Origin: the human T2T-CHM13v2.0 reference genome, Homo sapiens
Length of the DNA stretch: 64,000 bases
Assembly: GCF_009914755.1 (NCBI RefSeq)
Contig: NC_060940.1
Direction: 5' to 3' (one strand)
Shown here: positions 26,948 to 40,600 of the stretch, piece by piece
How the letters are laid out: each line of letters starts with the position of its first letter
Numbering within the stretch: position 1 is the stretch's first letter
Program-made: the position numbers and the translations under genes
Notes under the pieces: model-generated
Told to the model about the DNA's origin: nothing
The model's input: only the letters and a program-made list of their open reading frames with translations
The model's database searches: none

Positions 26948-29900
26948 GTCCATTCCATTATTCCATTCTATTCCATTTGATGATGATACCATTCGATTCC
27001 ATTCATTGGTGATTCCACTCAATTCCATTCAATGATTCCATTCCATTTCTTTCAACAATGATTCCATTAGTTTCTAATCGATGATCCACTTGATTCCATT
27101 TGACGATGATTCCATTCTTGTCCATTCGATGATTCCATTTGATTCCATATGATGATGATTCCATTCGATTCCATACGATGATGATTCCATTCGAGTCCAT
27201 TCAATGGTGATTCCATTCAATTCCATTCGATGATTCCTTTCGCTTCCATTTGATGATGATGGCATTCGATTCCTTTCAATCATTCCCTTTGATTCCACTC
27301 AAAGGTGATTTCATTCAAGTCCATTCGATAATTGCATTCGATTCCATTCTATGATGATTCCATTCGAGTCCATTTGATGATTCCATTCAATTCAAGTCAA
27401 TGATGATTCCATTCGATTCCATTCGATGATTCCATTGGATTCCATTCGATGATGATTCCATTCAAATCCATTCGATAATTCAATACACGTCCATTCGATG
27501 ATGATTCCAATCGAATCCATTCAAAGATTCCATTCAATTCCATTCGATGATTCCCTTAGATTCCATTCGATGATTCCACTTGATTCCATTTACGATGATT
27601 CCATTCAATTCCATGTGATGATTCCATTCAATTCTATTCAGTGATGTTTCCATTTGATTCCATTCGACCATGATTGCCTTTGATTCCATTCAATGATTCC
27701 ATTCGGTTCCGTTTGATGATGATTCCGTTCGATTCCATTTGATGATTCCATTTGATTCCATTGGATGAGTCCATTCGATTACATTCGATGATTATTCCAT
27801 TCGAGTGCATTAGATGATTCCATTCGAGTCCATTCGATGATTCCATTCGAGTCCATTCGATGATTCCATTCGATTCCATTCGATGTTGATTCTGTTCAAA
27901 TCCATTCGATGATTCCACTCGATTCCATTCGATGACTCCATTTGATCCCATTCGATGATTTCCTTTGATTCCCTTTGATGATCATTCTATTTGATTCAAT
28001 TCGGTGATTTCATTGGATTCCATTCAGTGATGTTTCCATTCGACTCCATTCGATGATGATTCCATTCGACTACATTCGATTATGATTTCATTCAATTCCA
28101 TTCGATAAAGATTCCCTTCGAGTCCAATCGATGATTCCATTCGATTCCATTCAACGATGATTTGATTCGTGTCCATTCGATGATTCCATTTGATTCCACT
28201 TGATGAGGATTCCATTCGAGTCCATTTGATGATGCCATTCAATTCCATTCTCCGATGATTTCTTTTGAGCCCATTCAATGCTTCCACTCGATTCCATATG
28301 ATGATGACTCCATTCGATGAAACTCGATGATGATTCCATTCGCTTGCATTCGATGATGATTCCACTTGAGTCCGTTAGAAGATTCTATTCAATTACATTC
28401 CATGACGTTTCCGTTCGAGTCCATTTGATGATTCCATTACATTCCATTCGACAATGATTCCATTCAATGTTATTCGATGATTCCATTCGATCTCATTCGA
28501 TGATGATTCCATTCAACTCCATTCGATGTTTCCATTCGAGTTCATTCTATTATTCCATTAGATTCCATTCGATGATGATTCCATTCGATTCCATTTGATG
28601 ATTGCATTCTATTTCATTTGATGATGATTCCATTCGAGTCCATTCGATGATTCCATTCGAGTCCATTTAATGAATCCATTGGTTTCAATTCTATGATGAT
28701 TATATTGGATTCCATTCGTTGATGATTTCATTCGATTCCATTCAATGATGATTCCATTCAATTCCATTCAATGATTCCATTCAATTCCATACGATGATGA
28801 TTCCATTTGATTTGATTCGACAGTGAGCCATTCGATTCAATTCCATGATGATTCTATTTGATTCACTTGGTTGACATTTCCATTCGGTTCCATTCGATGA
28901 TGATTCCATTTGATTCCATTCAAAGATGATTCCATTCTAGCCCATTCAATCATTCCATTCGATTCTATTCAATGATGATTCCATTCATGTCGATTTGGTG
29001 ATTCCATTTGACTTCATTTGATGATGATTCCTTTCAAGTTCATTAGATGATTCCATTCGATTCCATTTGATGATGATCCCATTCGAGTCCATTCAGTGAT
29101 TCCACTCGTTTCCATTCCATGATGATTCCATTCCATTCCATTCAATGATTCCATTCGATTCCGTTTGATGATGATTTCATTCGAGTCCATTTGATGATTC
29201 CATTTGATTCCATTCGATGATGATTCCATTCGAGTCCATTCGATGATTCTATTCGAATCCATTTGATGATTTCTTTTGATTATATTTGGTGATGATTCCA
29301 TTGGAGTCCATTCAATGATTCCATTCGATTCCAATCGATGGTGGTTCCATTAGAGTCCATTTAATCATTCCATTTGATTCCAGTCTCTGATGTTTACATT
29401 CGAGTCCATACGATGATTCCACTCAATTCCATATGATGATGATTCCATTCGATTCCATTCGATGATTCCATTCTATTCTATTCAATGGTGATTCCATTCG
29501 AGTACATTAGATGATTCCATTCGATTCCATTCAATGATGATTCTACTTGTGTCCCTTAGATGATTCCACATGATTCCATTAGATGATGATACTATTTGAG
29601 CCCATCCAATGATTCCCTTTGATTCCATTCGATGAGGATTCCATTCGATTCAATTCATTGGTGATTCTATTCAATTCAATTCTTTGATTCAATTCCATTC
29701 CATTCGACAATGATTCCATTCGATTTCTTTCGATGATTCCACTCAATTTCACTTGACATTGATTCCATTCGATTCCATTCAATGATTCCATTTGATTCCA
29801 GTGGATGATGATTGCCGTCGATTCCATTCGATCACTCCATTCTGTTCCATTTGATGATGATTACATTCGATTCCATTTGATGATTCCATCTGATTCTATT

Positions 29901-32900
29901 CGAGGATTCCATTTGATTCCATTCGATGATGATTCCATTCGAGTCCATTCGATGATTTCATTCGAGTACATCCAATGATTCCATTCGAGTGCATTTGATG
30001 ATTCCATTTGATTCCATTTGATTATGATTCTACTAGAGTTCATTCAATGACTCCATTCGAGTCCATTCAACAATTCCATACAAGTCCATTCGATGATTCC
30101 ATTCGATTCCATTTGATGATTCCATTCGAGTCCATTTAATCATTACAGTCGAGTCCGTTTGGTGATTCCACTGGATTTCTTTTGATAATGATACCATTCC
30201 ATTACATTTGATGATGATCCCATTCAATTTCATTTGATGATGATTCCATTAGAGTCCATTCGATGATTTCATTCGAGTCCCTTCATTGATTCCATCCGAT
30301 TTCATTGGATGATGACTCCATTCGAGTCCATTCGATGATTCCACTCGATTCCATTAGATGATTCCATTGGAGTCCATTTGATTGTTCCATTCGATTCCAT
30401 TCGATTCCTTTCGAAGACTATTCCATTTGAGTCCATTCGATGATGTTTCCATTCCATTCCATTCCATTCGATGATTCCGTTTGATTCCATTCGATGATTC
30501 CCTTTGATTCCTTTCTATGATGATTCCATTCCATTCCATTCAATGATTCCATTCGAATATATTCCATGATGATTCCTTTCGATTCCATTCGCTGATGTTT
30601 CCGTTCAATTCCATTCGATGATGATCCCATTCGATTCCATTCATTGAGGATTCCATTTGATTCCATTTAATGATGATTCCATTCTATTCCATTCAATGAT
30701 TGCATTCAATTCCATTCAATGATTATCCCCTTAGAGTAAACTCAACGATTCCATTCAATACCATTCGATGATGATTCCTTTTGAGTCCATTCAATGATTT
30801 CATTCAAGTCCATTTGATGATTCCTTTCAATTCCATTCTATGATGATTCCATTCGAGTCCATTCGATGATTCCATTCGATTACATTCGACGATTCCATTA
30901 TATTCCATTCAACGATGATTCCATTCGAGTCCATTCGATGATTCCATTACAGTAAATTTAATGATTGCTTTGTTTTCAATTCGAAGATGATTACATTGGA
31001 TTCCATTCTATGATACCATTCGATTCCATTCAATGATTATTCCACTCAAATCCATTGGATGATTCCATTCGTGTCCATTCGGTGATTTCATTAGATTCCA
31101 TTCGAGGATGATTCCTTTCGATTCCATTCGATGATTCCATTCAATTCCATTCGATGATGATTCCATTCCTGTCCATATGATCATTCCATTTGATTTCATT
31201 CGATGATGATTCCATTCGATTCCATTCTATTCCATTCGATGATGATTCCATTCGAGTCCATTCGATGATTCCATTCGAGTCCATTTAATGATTCCATTGG
31301 GTTCAATTCAATGATGATTACATTGGATTCCGTTCTATGATTCCATTCAATTCCGTTCATTGACAATTTGATTCCATTCGATGATGATTCCATTTGAGTT
31401 CATTCGATGATTCTATTCGATTCTCTTCGATGGTGATTCAATTCTATTATATTGGATGATTCCATTCGATTCCATTTGATGTTGATTCAATTCGATTCTA
31501 TTCGATGATGATTCCATTGGATTTCACTTGATGATTCTATTCGATTCCATTCAATGATGATTCACTTCTCGTCCATTGGATGATTCCATTTCATTCCATT
31601 CGATGATGATTCCATTCGATTCCATTCGATGATTCCATTTGATTCCATGCGACGGTGAGCAATTCGATTCAATTCCAGATGATTCTATTTGATTCAATTA
31701 GATGATGTTTCCATTCGAATCCATTCCATGATTATTCCATTGGAATCCATTTGGCGATGATTCCATATGAGTCAATTCAATGATGATTCCATATGGGTCC
31801 GTTCGATGATAATTCCATTTGATTTCATTCGATGCTTCTATTCTATTCCAGTCGATGATGATTCCGTGGGAGTCCATACGATGATTCCATTTGATTTCAT
31901 TTGATGATGATTCCATTCGATGATGATTACATTGGATTCCATTCTATGATTCCATTCAATTCCATTCGTTGATGATTCGATTCCATTCAATGATGATTCC
32001 ATTTGAGTTCATTCGATGATTCTATTCGATTCCGTTCGATGGTGATTCAATTCTATTATATTGGATGATTCCACTCGATTCCATTTGATGATTAATCCAC
32101 TGGAGTCCACTTAGTGAATCCTTTAGATTCTACTCGAAGATGATTCCATTCGAGTCCATTCAATGATACCATTCAATTTCATTCGTTGATGCTTCCATTC
32201 AAGTGCATTCGATGATATCATTCGATTCCATTTCATGATAATTCCATTTGATTCCATGCAATGATTCTATTCGATTCCATTCAATGATAATTCCATTCAA
32301 TTCAGTGATTCCTCTGGACTCCATTTGATGATGATCCCATTCAATGATTCCATTCGATTCTATTCCAAAATGATTCCATTTGAATCCATTTGATGATGAT
32401 TCCATTAGATTCCATTTGATGATTCCATTCGATTCCATTTGACGATGATTCCATTCGATTCCATTTGATGATTCCATTCTATTCTATTCGATGATGATTC
32501 CATTCGATTCCATTCGATGATGATTGGATTCGATTCTATTTGATGATTTCATTTGATTCCATTCGTTAATGATTTCGATCAACTCCATTCGATGATTCCA
32601 TTTGATTCCATTCGATAATGATTACATCCGAGTCCATTCGATGATTCCATTTGAGCCCGTTCGATAATTCCATTTGAGTCCAATCAATGATTCCATTCAT
32701 TTGCATTCATTGATTCCATTCGAGTCCATTTGATCATTCTGGTAGGGTCCGTTCGATGTTGATTCCATTGGAGTGCATTCGATGATTCCAGTCGAGTCCA
32801 TTTTATGATTTGATTCGAGTCCTTTCGATGATTCCATTCGATTCCACTCGATGATGATTTCATTCGAGTCCATTCGACACTTCCAATCGATTCCATTTGA

Positions 32901-33089
32901 TGTTTCCATTCGAGTCCAATTGATGATTCCATTCAATTCCATTCGATGATGATTCCGTACCTTTCCATTCTGTGATGATTCCATGTGATTGCATTCAATG
33001 ATGATTCCTTTCGATTGCATTCGATTATGATTCATTTCGTGTTCATTCTATGGTTCCACAGGTTTCCATTCGATGACTTTTCCGTTCGT
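26948..33089 (+). repeat. ~6.14-kb higher-order unit, second complete copy
   Basis: The A landmark recurs at 27003->33145 (6142 bp). Module order is the same as 1-6128, at offsets 26947-26970. Confidence 0.9.
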
Positions 33090-36000
33090 GTCCATTCCAT
33101 TATTCCATTCTATTTCATTTGATGATGATTCCATTCGATTCCATTCATTGGTGATTCCACTCAATTCCATTCAATGATTCCATTCCATTTCTTTCAACAA
33201 TGATTCCATTAGTTTCTATTCGATGATCCACTTGACTCCATTTGGCGAGGATTCCATTCGTGTCCATTCGATGATTCCATTTGATTCCATATGATGATGA
33301 TTCCATTCGATTCCATACCATGATGATTCCATTCGAGTCCATTCAATGGTGATTCCATTCAATTCCATTCGATGATTCCTTCCGATTCCATTCGATGATG
33401 ATGGCATTCGATTCCTTTCAATCATTCCCTTTGATTCCATTCAAAGGTGATTTCATTCAAGTCCATTCGATAATTGCATTCGATTCCATTCTATGATGAT
33501 TCCATTCGAGTCCATTTGATGATTCCATTCAATTCAAGTCAATGATGATTCCATTCGATTCCACACGATGATTCCATTGGATTCCATTCGACGATGATTC
33601 CATTCAAATCCATTCAATAATTCAATTCAAGTCCATTCGATGATGATTCCAATCGAATCCACACAAAGATTCCATTCAATTCCATTCGATGATGATTCCC
33701 TTAGATTCCATTCGATGATTCCACTTGATTCCATTTACGATGATTCCATTCGATTCCATGTGATGAATCCATTCAATTCTATTCAATGATGTTTCCATTT
33801 GATTCCATTGGACCATGATTGCCTTTGATTCCATTCAATGATTCCATTCGTTTCCATTTGATGATGATTCCGTTCGATTCCATTTCTTTATTCCATTTGA
33901 TTCCATTGGATGAGTCCATTCGATTACATTCGATGATTATTCCATTCGAGTGCATTAGATGATTGCATTCGAGTCCATTCGATGATTCCATTCGATTCCA
34001 TTCGATGTTGATTCTGTTCATATCCATTCCATGATTCCACTCGATTCCATTCGATGACTCCATTTGATCCCATTCGATGATTTCCTGTGATTCCCTTTGA
34101 TGATCATTCTATTTGATTCAATTCGGTGATTTCATTTCATTCCATTCAGTGATGTTTCCATTCGACTCCATTCGATGATGATTCCATTCGACTCCATTCG
34201 ATTATGATTTCATTCAATTCCATTCAATAATGATTCCCTTCGGGTCCATTCGATGATTCCATTCGATTCCATTCAACGATGATTTGATTCGTTTCCATTC
34301 GATGATTCCATTTGATTCCACTTGATGATGATTCCATTCGAGTCCATTTGATGATTCCATTCGAGTCTATTTATGGATTATATTCGTGTCCACTTCATGA
34401 TTCCATTCAATTCCATTTAATGTTGATTCCATTTGATTCCATTTGATGATTTAGTTCGATTCCTTGCAATGATTCCCTACGATTCCTTTCTATGATGATT
34501 CCATTCGATTCCATTCATTGATGATTTCATTCGACTCCATTCGATGATGATTCCTTTAGATTCCATTTGACGATGTTTCCATTCGAGTCCATTCGATGAT
34601 GATTCTATTCAATTCTGTTCTATTATGATTCCTTTCGATTTCATTCAATGCTTCTATTTGATTCCATTCGATGATGATTCCATCTCTTTCCCTTCGATGA
34701 TTCCATTTGATTCCTTTCAGTGATGATTCCATTTGATTCCATCTGATGATGATTTCACTTGATTCCTTTCAATGATGATTCAATTCAAGTCCATTCGATG
34801 ATTCCATTGGAGTCCAAACGATCATTCCGTTCGATTCCATTCAATGGTGATTCCATTCATGTCCATTCGATGAATCCATTCAATTCCATTCGATGATGAC
34901 TCCATTCGAGTACATTCGATGATTCCATTTGATTCCATTTGAAGATGATTCCATTCAATTCCATTCGAAGATGATTCCATTCAATTCCATTCGATGATGA
35001 TTCCGTATGAATCCATTCTCTGATTATTCCATTCGATTCCATTCATTGACGATTCCATTCGATTCCATTCAATGATGATTCTCTTCTATTCCATTCGATG
35101 ATTCCGGTCGATTCCATTCGATGATAATTCCGTTAGATTCCATTCGATTGTTGCATTCGATTCCCTTCGATGATGATTCCTTAGAATTCCATTCGATTAT
35201 CATTCCGTATGAATCCATTTGATGATTATTCCATTGGATTCCTTTCGATGATGATTCCATTTGATTCCATTTGATGATGTTTCTCTTGTATTCCATTGGA
35301 TAACTCCTTTCAGTTCCCTTCGATGATTATTCTTTCGAGTCAATTCGATGATTCTGTTCCATTCCCTTCGATGATGATTCCATTTCACTCCATTGGATGA
35401 TTCCATTCGACTCAATTTGGTGATGAGTCAATTCGATGACATTCGATGACTCCATTCAATTTCATTTGATGATGATTACATTGGAGTCCATTTGATGATT
35501 GTATTCCTTTCCTTTTGATGATTATTCCATTCGTGTCTATTCAAAGATTCCATTCTATTCCATTCAATGATGATTGCATTTGTTTCCATTCAATGATTAT
35601 GGCTATCGATTCCACTCGTTGATTCCATTTGATTCCGTTCGATGATTATTCCGTTAGATTCCATTAGAATATTCCATTCGATTTTATTCAATCATTCCTA
35701 TTGATTCCATTCAATGATGATTCCATTCGACTCCATTCAGTGATTCCATTCGAGTCCATTTGATGATTCCATTCTTTTCCATTTGATGATGATTCCAATA
35801 GGGTCCATTCAATGATTCCATTCGAGTCCATTCGTTAATGCCTTTCGAGTCGTTTTGATCACTACATTCGAGTCCATTCAATGATTCTATTCGATTCCAT
35901 TCCATGATGATTCCATTCGAGTTCATTCGATGATTGCATTCCAGTCCATTTGATGATTCCATATGATTCCATTCGACAATGATTCCATTCGTGTCCATTT

Positions 36001-37650
36001 GATGATTCCATTCATTTCCTATCGATGAAGATTCCATTCAAGTGTATTCGATGATTCCATTCAAATCCATTCGATGATGATTCCATTCCAGTCCATTCGA
36101 TCATTCCACTTGATTCCATTTGATGACTATTCCATTCAAATCCATTTGATGATTCCATTCGATTCCATTCGATGTTACCATTCGAGTATATACGATGATT
36201 CCACTCGATTCCATTTGATGATTATTCCATTGGAGTCCACTTAGTGAATCCTTTAGATTCTACTCGAAGATGATTGCATTCGAGTCCATTCGATGGTACC
36301 ATTCAATTCCATTCGTTGATGCTTCCATTCAAGTGCATTCGATGATATCATTCGATTCCATTTGATGATAATTCCATTTGATTCCATGCGATGATTCTAT
36401 TCGATTCCATTCAATGATAATTCCATTCAATTCAGTGATTCCTCTGGACTCCATTTGATGATGATTCCTTTCAATGATTCCATTCGATTCTATTCGAAAA
36501 TGATTCAATTTGAATCCATTTGATGATGATTCCATTAGATTCCATTTGATGATTCCACTCGATTCCACTTGACATTGATTCCATTCGATTCCATTCAATG
36601 ATTCCATTTGATTCAATTGGATGATTATTGCCATCGATTCCATTCGATCACTCCATTCTATTCCATTTGATGATGATTACATTCGATTCCATTTGATGAT
36701 TCCATCTGATTCTATTCGAGGATTCCATTTGATTCCATTCGATGATGATTCCATTCGAGTCCATTCGATGATTTCATTCGAGTACATCCAATGATTCCAT
36801 TCGAGTCCATTAGATGATTCCATTTGATTCTATTTGAAAATGATTTAACTAGAGTCCATTCAATGACTCCATTAGAGTCCATTCAACAATTCAATTCGAC
36901 TCCATTCGATGATTCCATTCGACTCCATTTGATGGTTCCATTCGAGTCCATTTAATCATTACAGTCGAGTCCATTTGGTGATTCCACTGGATTTCTTTTG
37001 ATAATGATACCATTCAATTACATTTGATGATGATCCCATTCAATGATTCCTTTCGATTCTATTCGAAAATGATTCCATTTGAATCCATTTGATAATGATT
37101 ACATTAGATTCCATTTGATGATTCCATTCGATTCCATTCGACGATGATTCCATTCAATTCCATTTGATGATTCCATTCTATTCTATTCGATGATGATTCC
37201 ATTCGATTCCATTCGATGATGATTGGATTCGATTCCATTTGATGATTTCATTTGATTCCATTCGATAATGATTTCGATCAATTCCATTCGATGATTCCAT
37301 TCTATTCCATTCGATAATGATTACATCCGAGTCCATTCGATGATTCCATTTGAGCCCGTTCGAAAATTCCATTTGAGTCCAATCAATGATTCCATTCATT
37401 TCCATTCAATGATTCCATTCGAGTCCATTTGATCATTCCGATAGGGTCCGTTCGATGTTGATTCCATTGGAGTGCATTCGATGATTCCATTCGAGTCCAT
37501 CTTATGATTTGATTTGAGTCCTTTCGATGATTCCATTCGATTCCACTCGATGATGATTTCATTCGAGTCCATTCGACACTTCCAATTGATTCCATTTGAT
37601 GTTTCCGTTCGAGTCCAATTGATGATTCCATTCAATTCCATTCGATGATG
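33090..37650 (+). repeat. 4.1-kb-type unit (A-B-J-H-part I) interrupted by a ~0.5-kb module-E/F fragment
   Basis: Landmarks 33145, 33779, 34857, 35069 and 36329 all lie 26,961 from 6184, 6818, 7896, 8108 and 9368. Hybrid ORFs 36329-36643 and 37559-37762 mark the junctions. Confidence 0.83.
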
Positions 37651-40600
37651 ATTCCATTCGAGTCCATTCGATGATTCTATTCGAATCCACTTGATGATTT
37701 CTTTTGATTATAGTTGGTGATGATTCCATTGGAGTCCATTCAATGATTCCATTCGATTCCAATCGATGGTGATTCCATTAGAGTCCATTTAATGATTCCA
37801 TTTGATTCCAGTCTCTGATGATTATATTCGAGTCCATACGATGATTCCACTCAATTCCATATGATGATGATTCCATTCGATTCCATTCGATGATTCCATT
37901 CTATTCTATTCAATGGTGATTCCATTCGAGTACATTAGATGATTCCATTCGATTCCATTCAATGATGATTCTATTTGTGTCCCTTAGATGATTCCACATG
38001 ATTCCATTAGATGATGATACTATTTGAGCCCATCCAATGATTCCCTTCGATTCCATTCGATGAGGATTCCATTCGATTCAATTCATTGGTGATTCTATTC
38101 AATTCAATTCTTTGATTCCATTGCATTCCATTCGACAATGATTCCATTCGATTTCTTTCGATGATTCCACTCGATTCCACTTGACATTGATTCCCTTCGA
38201 TTCCATTCAATGATTCCATTTGATTCCAGTGGATGATGATTGCCATCGATTCCATTCGATCACTCCATTCTATTCCATTTGATGATGATTACATTCGATT
38301 CCATTTGATGATTCCATCTGATTCTATTCGAGGATTCCATTTGATTCCATTCGATGATGATTCCATTCGAGTCCATTCGATGATTTCATTCGAGTACATC
38401 CAATGATTCCATTCGAGTCCATTTGATGATTCCATTTGATTCCATTTGATAATGATTCTACTAGAGTCCATTCAATGACTCCATTCGAGTCCATTCAACA
38501 ATTCCATTCGACTCCATTCGATGATTCCATTCGATTCCATTTGATGATTCCATTCGAGTCCATTTAATCATTGCAGTCGAGTCCATTTGGTGATTCCACT
38601 GGATTTCTTTTGATAATGATACCATTCAATTACATTTGATGATGATCCCATTCAATTTCATTTGATGATGATTCCATTAGAGTCCATTCGATGATTTCAT
38701 TCGAGTCCCCTCATTGATTCCATCCGATTTCATTGGATGATGACTCCATTCGAGTCCATTCGATGATTCCACTCGATTCCATTAGATGATTCCATTGGAG
38801 TCCATTTGATTGTTCCATTCGATTCCATTCGATTCCTTTCGAAGATTATTCCATTTGAGTCCATTCGATGATGATTCCATTCCATTCCATTCGATGATTC
38901 CGTTTGATTCCATTCGATGATTCCCTTCGATTCCTTTCTTTGATGATTCCATTCCATTCCATTCAATGATTCCATTCGAATCTATTCCATGATGATTCCT
39001 TTCGATTCCATTCGCTGATGTATCCGTTCAATTCCATTCGATGATGATTCCATTCGATTCCATTCATTGAGGATTCCATTTGATTCCATTCAATGATGAT
39101 TCCGTTCTATTCCATTCAATGATTGCATTCAATTCCATTCAATGATTATCCCATTAGAGTAAACTCAACGATTCCATTCAATACCATTCGATGATGATTC
39201 CTTTTGAGTCCATTCAATGATTTCATTCAAGTCCATTTGATGATTCCTTTCAATTCCATTCTATGATGATTCCATTCGAGTCCATTCGATGATTCCATTC
39301 GATTGCATTCGATGATTCCATTATATTCCATTCAACGATGATTCCATTCGAGTCCATTCGATGATTCCACTAGAGTACATTTAATGATTGCTTTGTTTTC
39401 AATTCGAAGATGATTACATTGGATTCCATTCTATGATACCATTCGATTCCATTCAATGATGATTCCACTCAAATCCATTGGATGATTCCAGTCGTGTCCA
39501 TTCGGTGATTTCATTAGATTCCATTCGAGGATGATTCCATTCGATTCCATTCGATGATTCCATTCAATTCCATTCGATGATGATTCCATTCCAGTCCATA
39601 TGATCATTCCATTTGATTTCATTCGATGATGATTCCATTCGATTCCATTCGATGATTCCATTCTATTCCATTTGATGATGATTCCATTCGAGTCCATTCG
39701 ATGATTCCATTGGGTTCAATTCAATGATGATTACATTGGATTCCGTTCTATGATTCCATTCAATTCCGTTCATTGACAATTTGATTCCATTCGATGATGA
39801 TTCCATTTGAGTTCATTCGATGATTCTATTCGATTCTCTTCGATGGTGATTCAATTCTATTATATTGGATGATTCCATTCGATTCCATTTGATGTTGATT
39901 CAATTCGATTCTATTCGATGATGATTCCATTGGATTTCACTTGATGATTCTATTCGATTCCATTCAATGATGATTCACTTCTCGTCCATTGGATGATTCC
40001 ATTTCATTCCATTCGATGATGATTCCATTCGATTCCATTCGATGATTCCATTTGATTCCATGCGACGGTGAGCAATTCGATTCAATTCCATGATGATTCT
40101 CTTTGATTCAATTAGATGATGTTTCCATTCGAATCCATTCCATGATTATTCCATTGGAATCCATTTGGCGATGATTCCATATGAGTCAATTCAATGATGA
40201 TTCCATATGGGTCCGTTCGATGATAATTCCATTTGATTTCATTCGATGCTTCTATTCAATTCCAGTTGATGATGATTCCGTTGGAGTCCATACGATGATT
40301 CCATTTGATTTCATTTGATGATGATTCCATTCGATGATGATTACATTGGATTCCATTCTATGATTCCATTCAATTCCATTCGTTGATGATTCGATTCCAT
40401 TCAATGATGATTCCATTTGAGTTCATTCGATGATTCTATTCGATTCCGTTCGATGGTGATTCAATTCTATTATATTGGATGATTCGACTCGATTCCATTT
40501 GATGATTATTCCATTGGAGTCCACTTAGTGAATCCTTTAGATTCTACTCGAAGATGATTCCATTCGAGTCCATTCAATGATACCATTCAATTTCATTCGT

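Larger units (their letters stand above)
15440..28153 (+). repeat. 12,714-bp long unit (C-D-E-F-X-G'-Y-J-H-I-A-B)
   Basis: Constant 12,714 offset: 16300->29014, 16865->29579, 17147->29861, 17588->30302, ORF ends 15651->28365. acgatgatttgattcgtgtcc occurs at 15440 and 28154. Confidence 0.87.

Noticed and set aside
30446-30470. Short (CATTC)n runs suggesting HSat3 or TEAD-site clusters (also ~2155, ~44905, ~54280, ~63293)
   Set aside because: The runs are only 3-4 pentamers long within an HSat2 context, consistent with single substitutions or 5-bp slippage rather than an HSat3 block.
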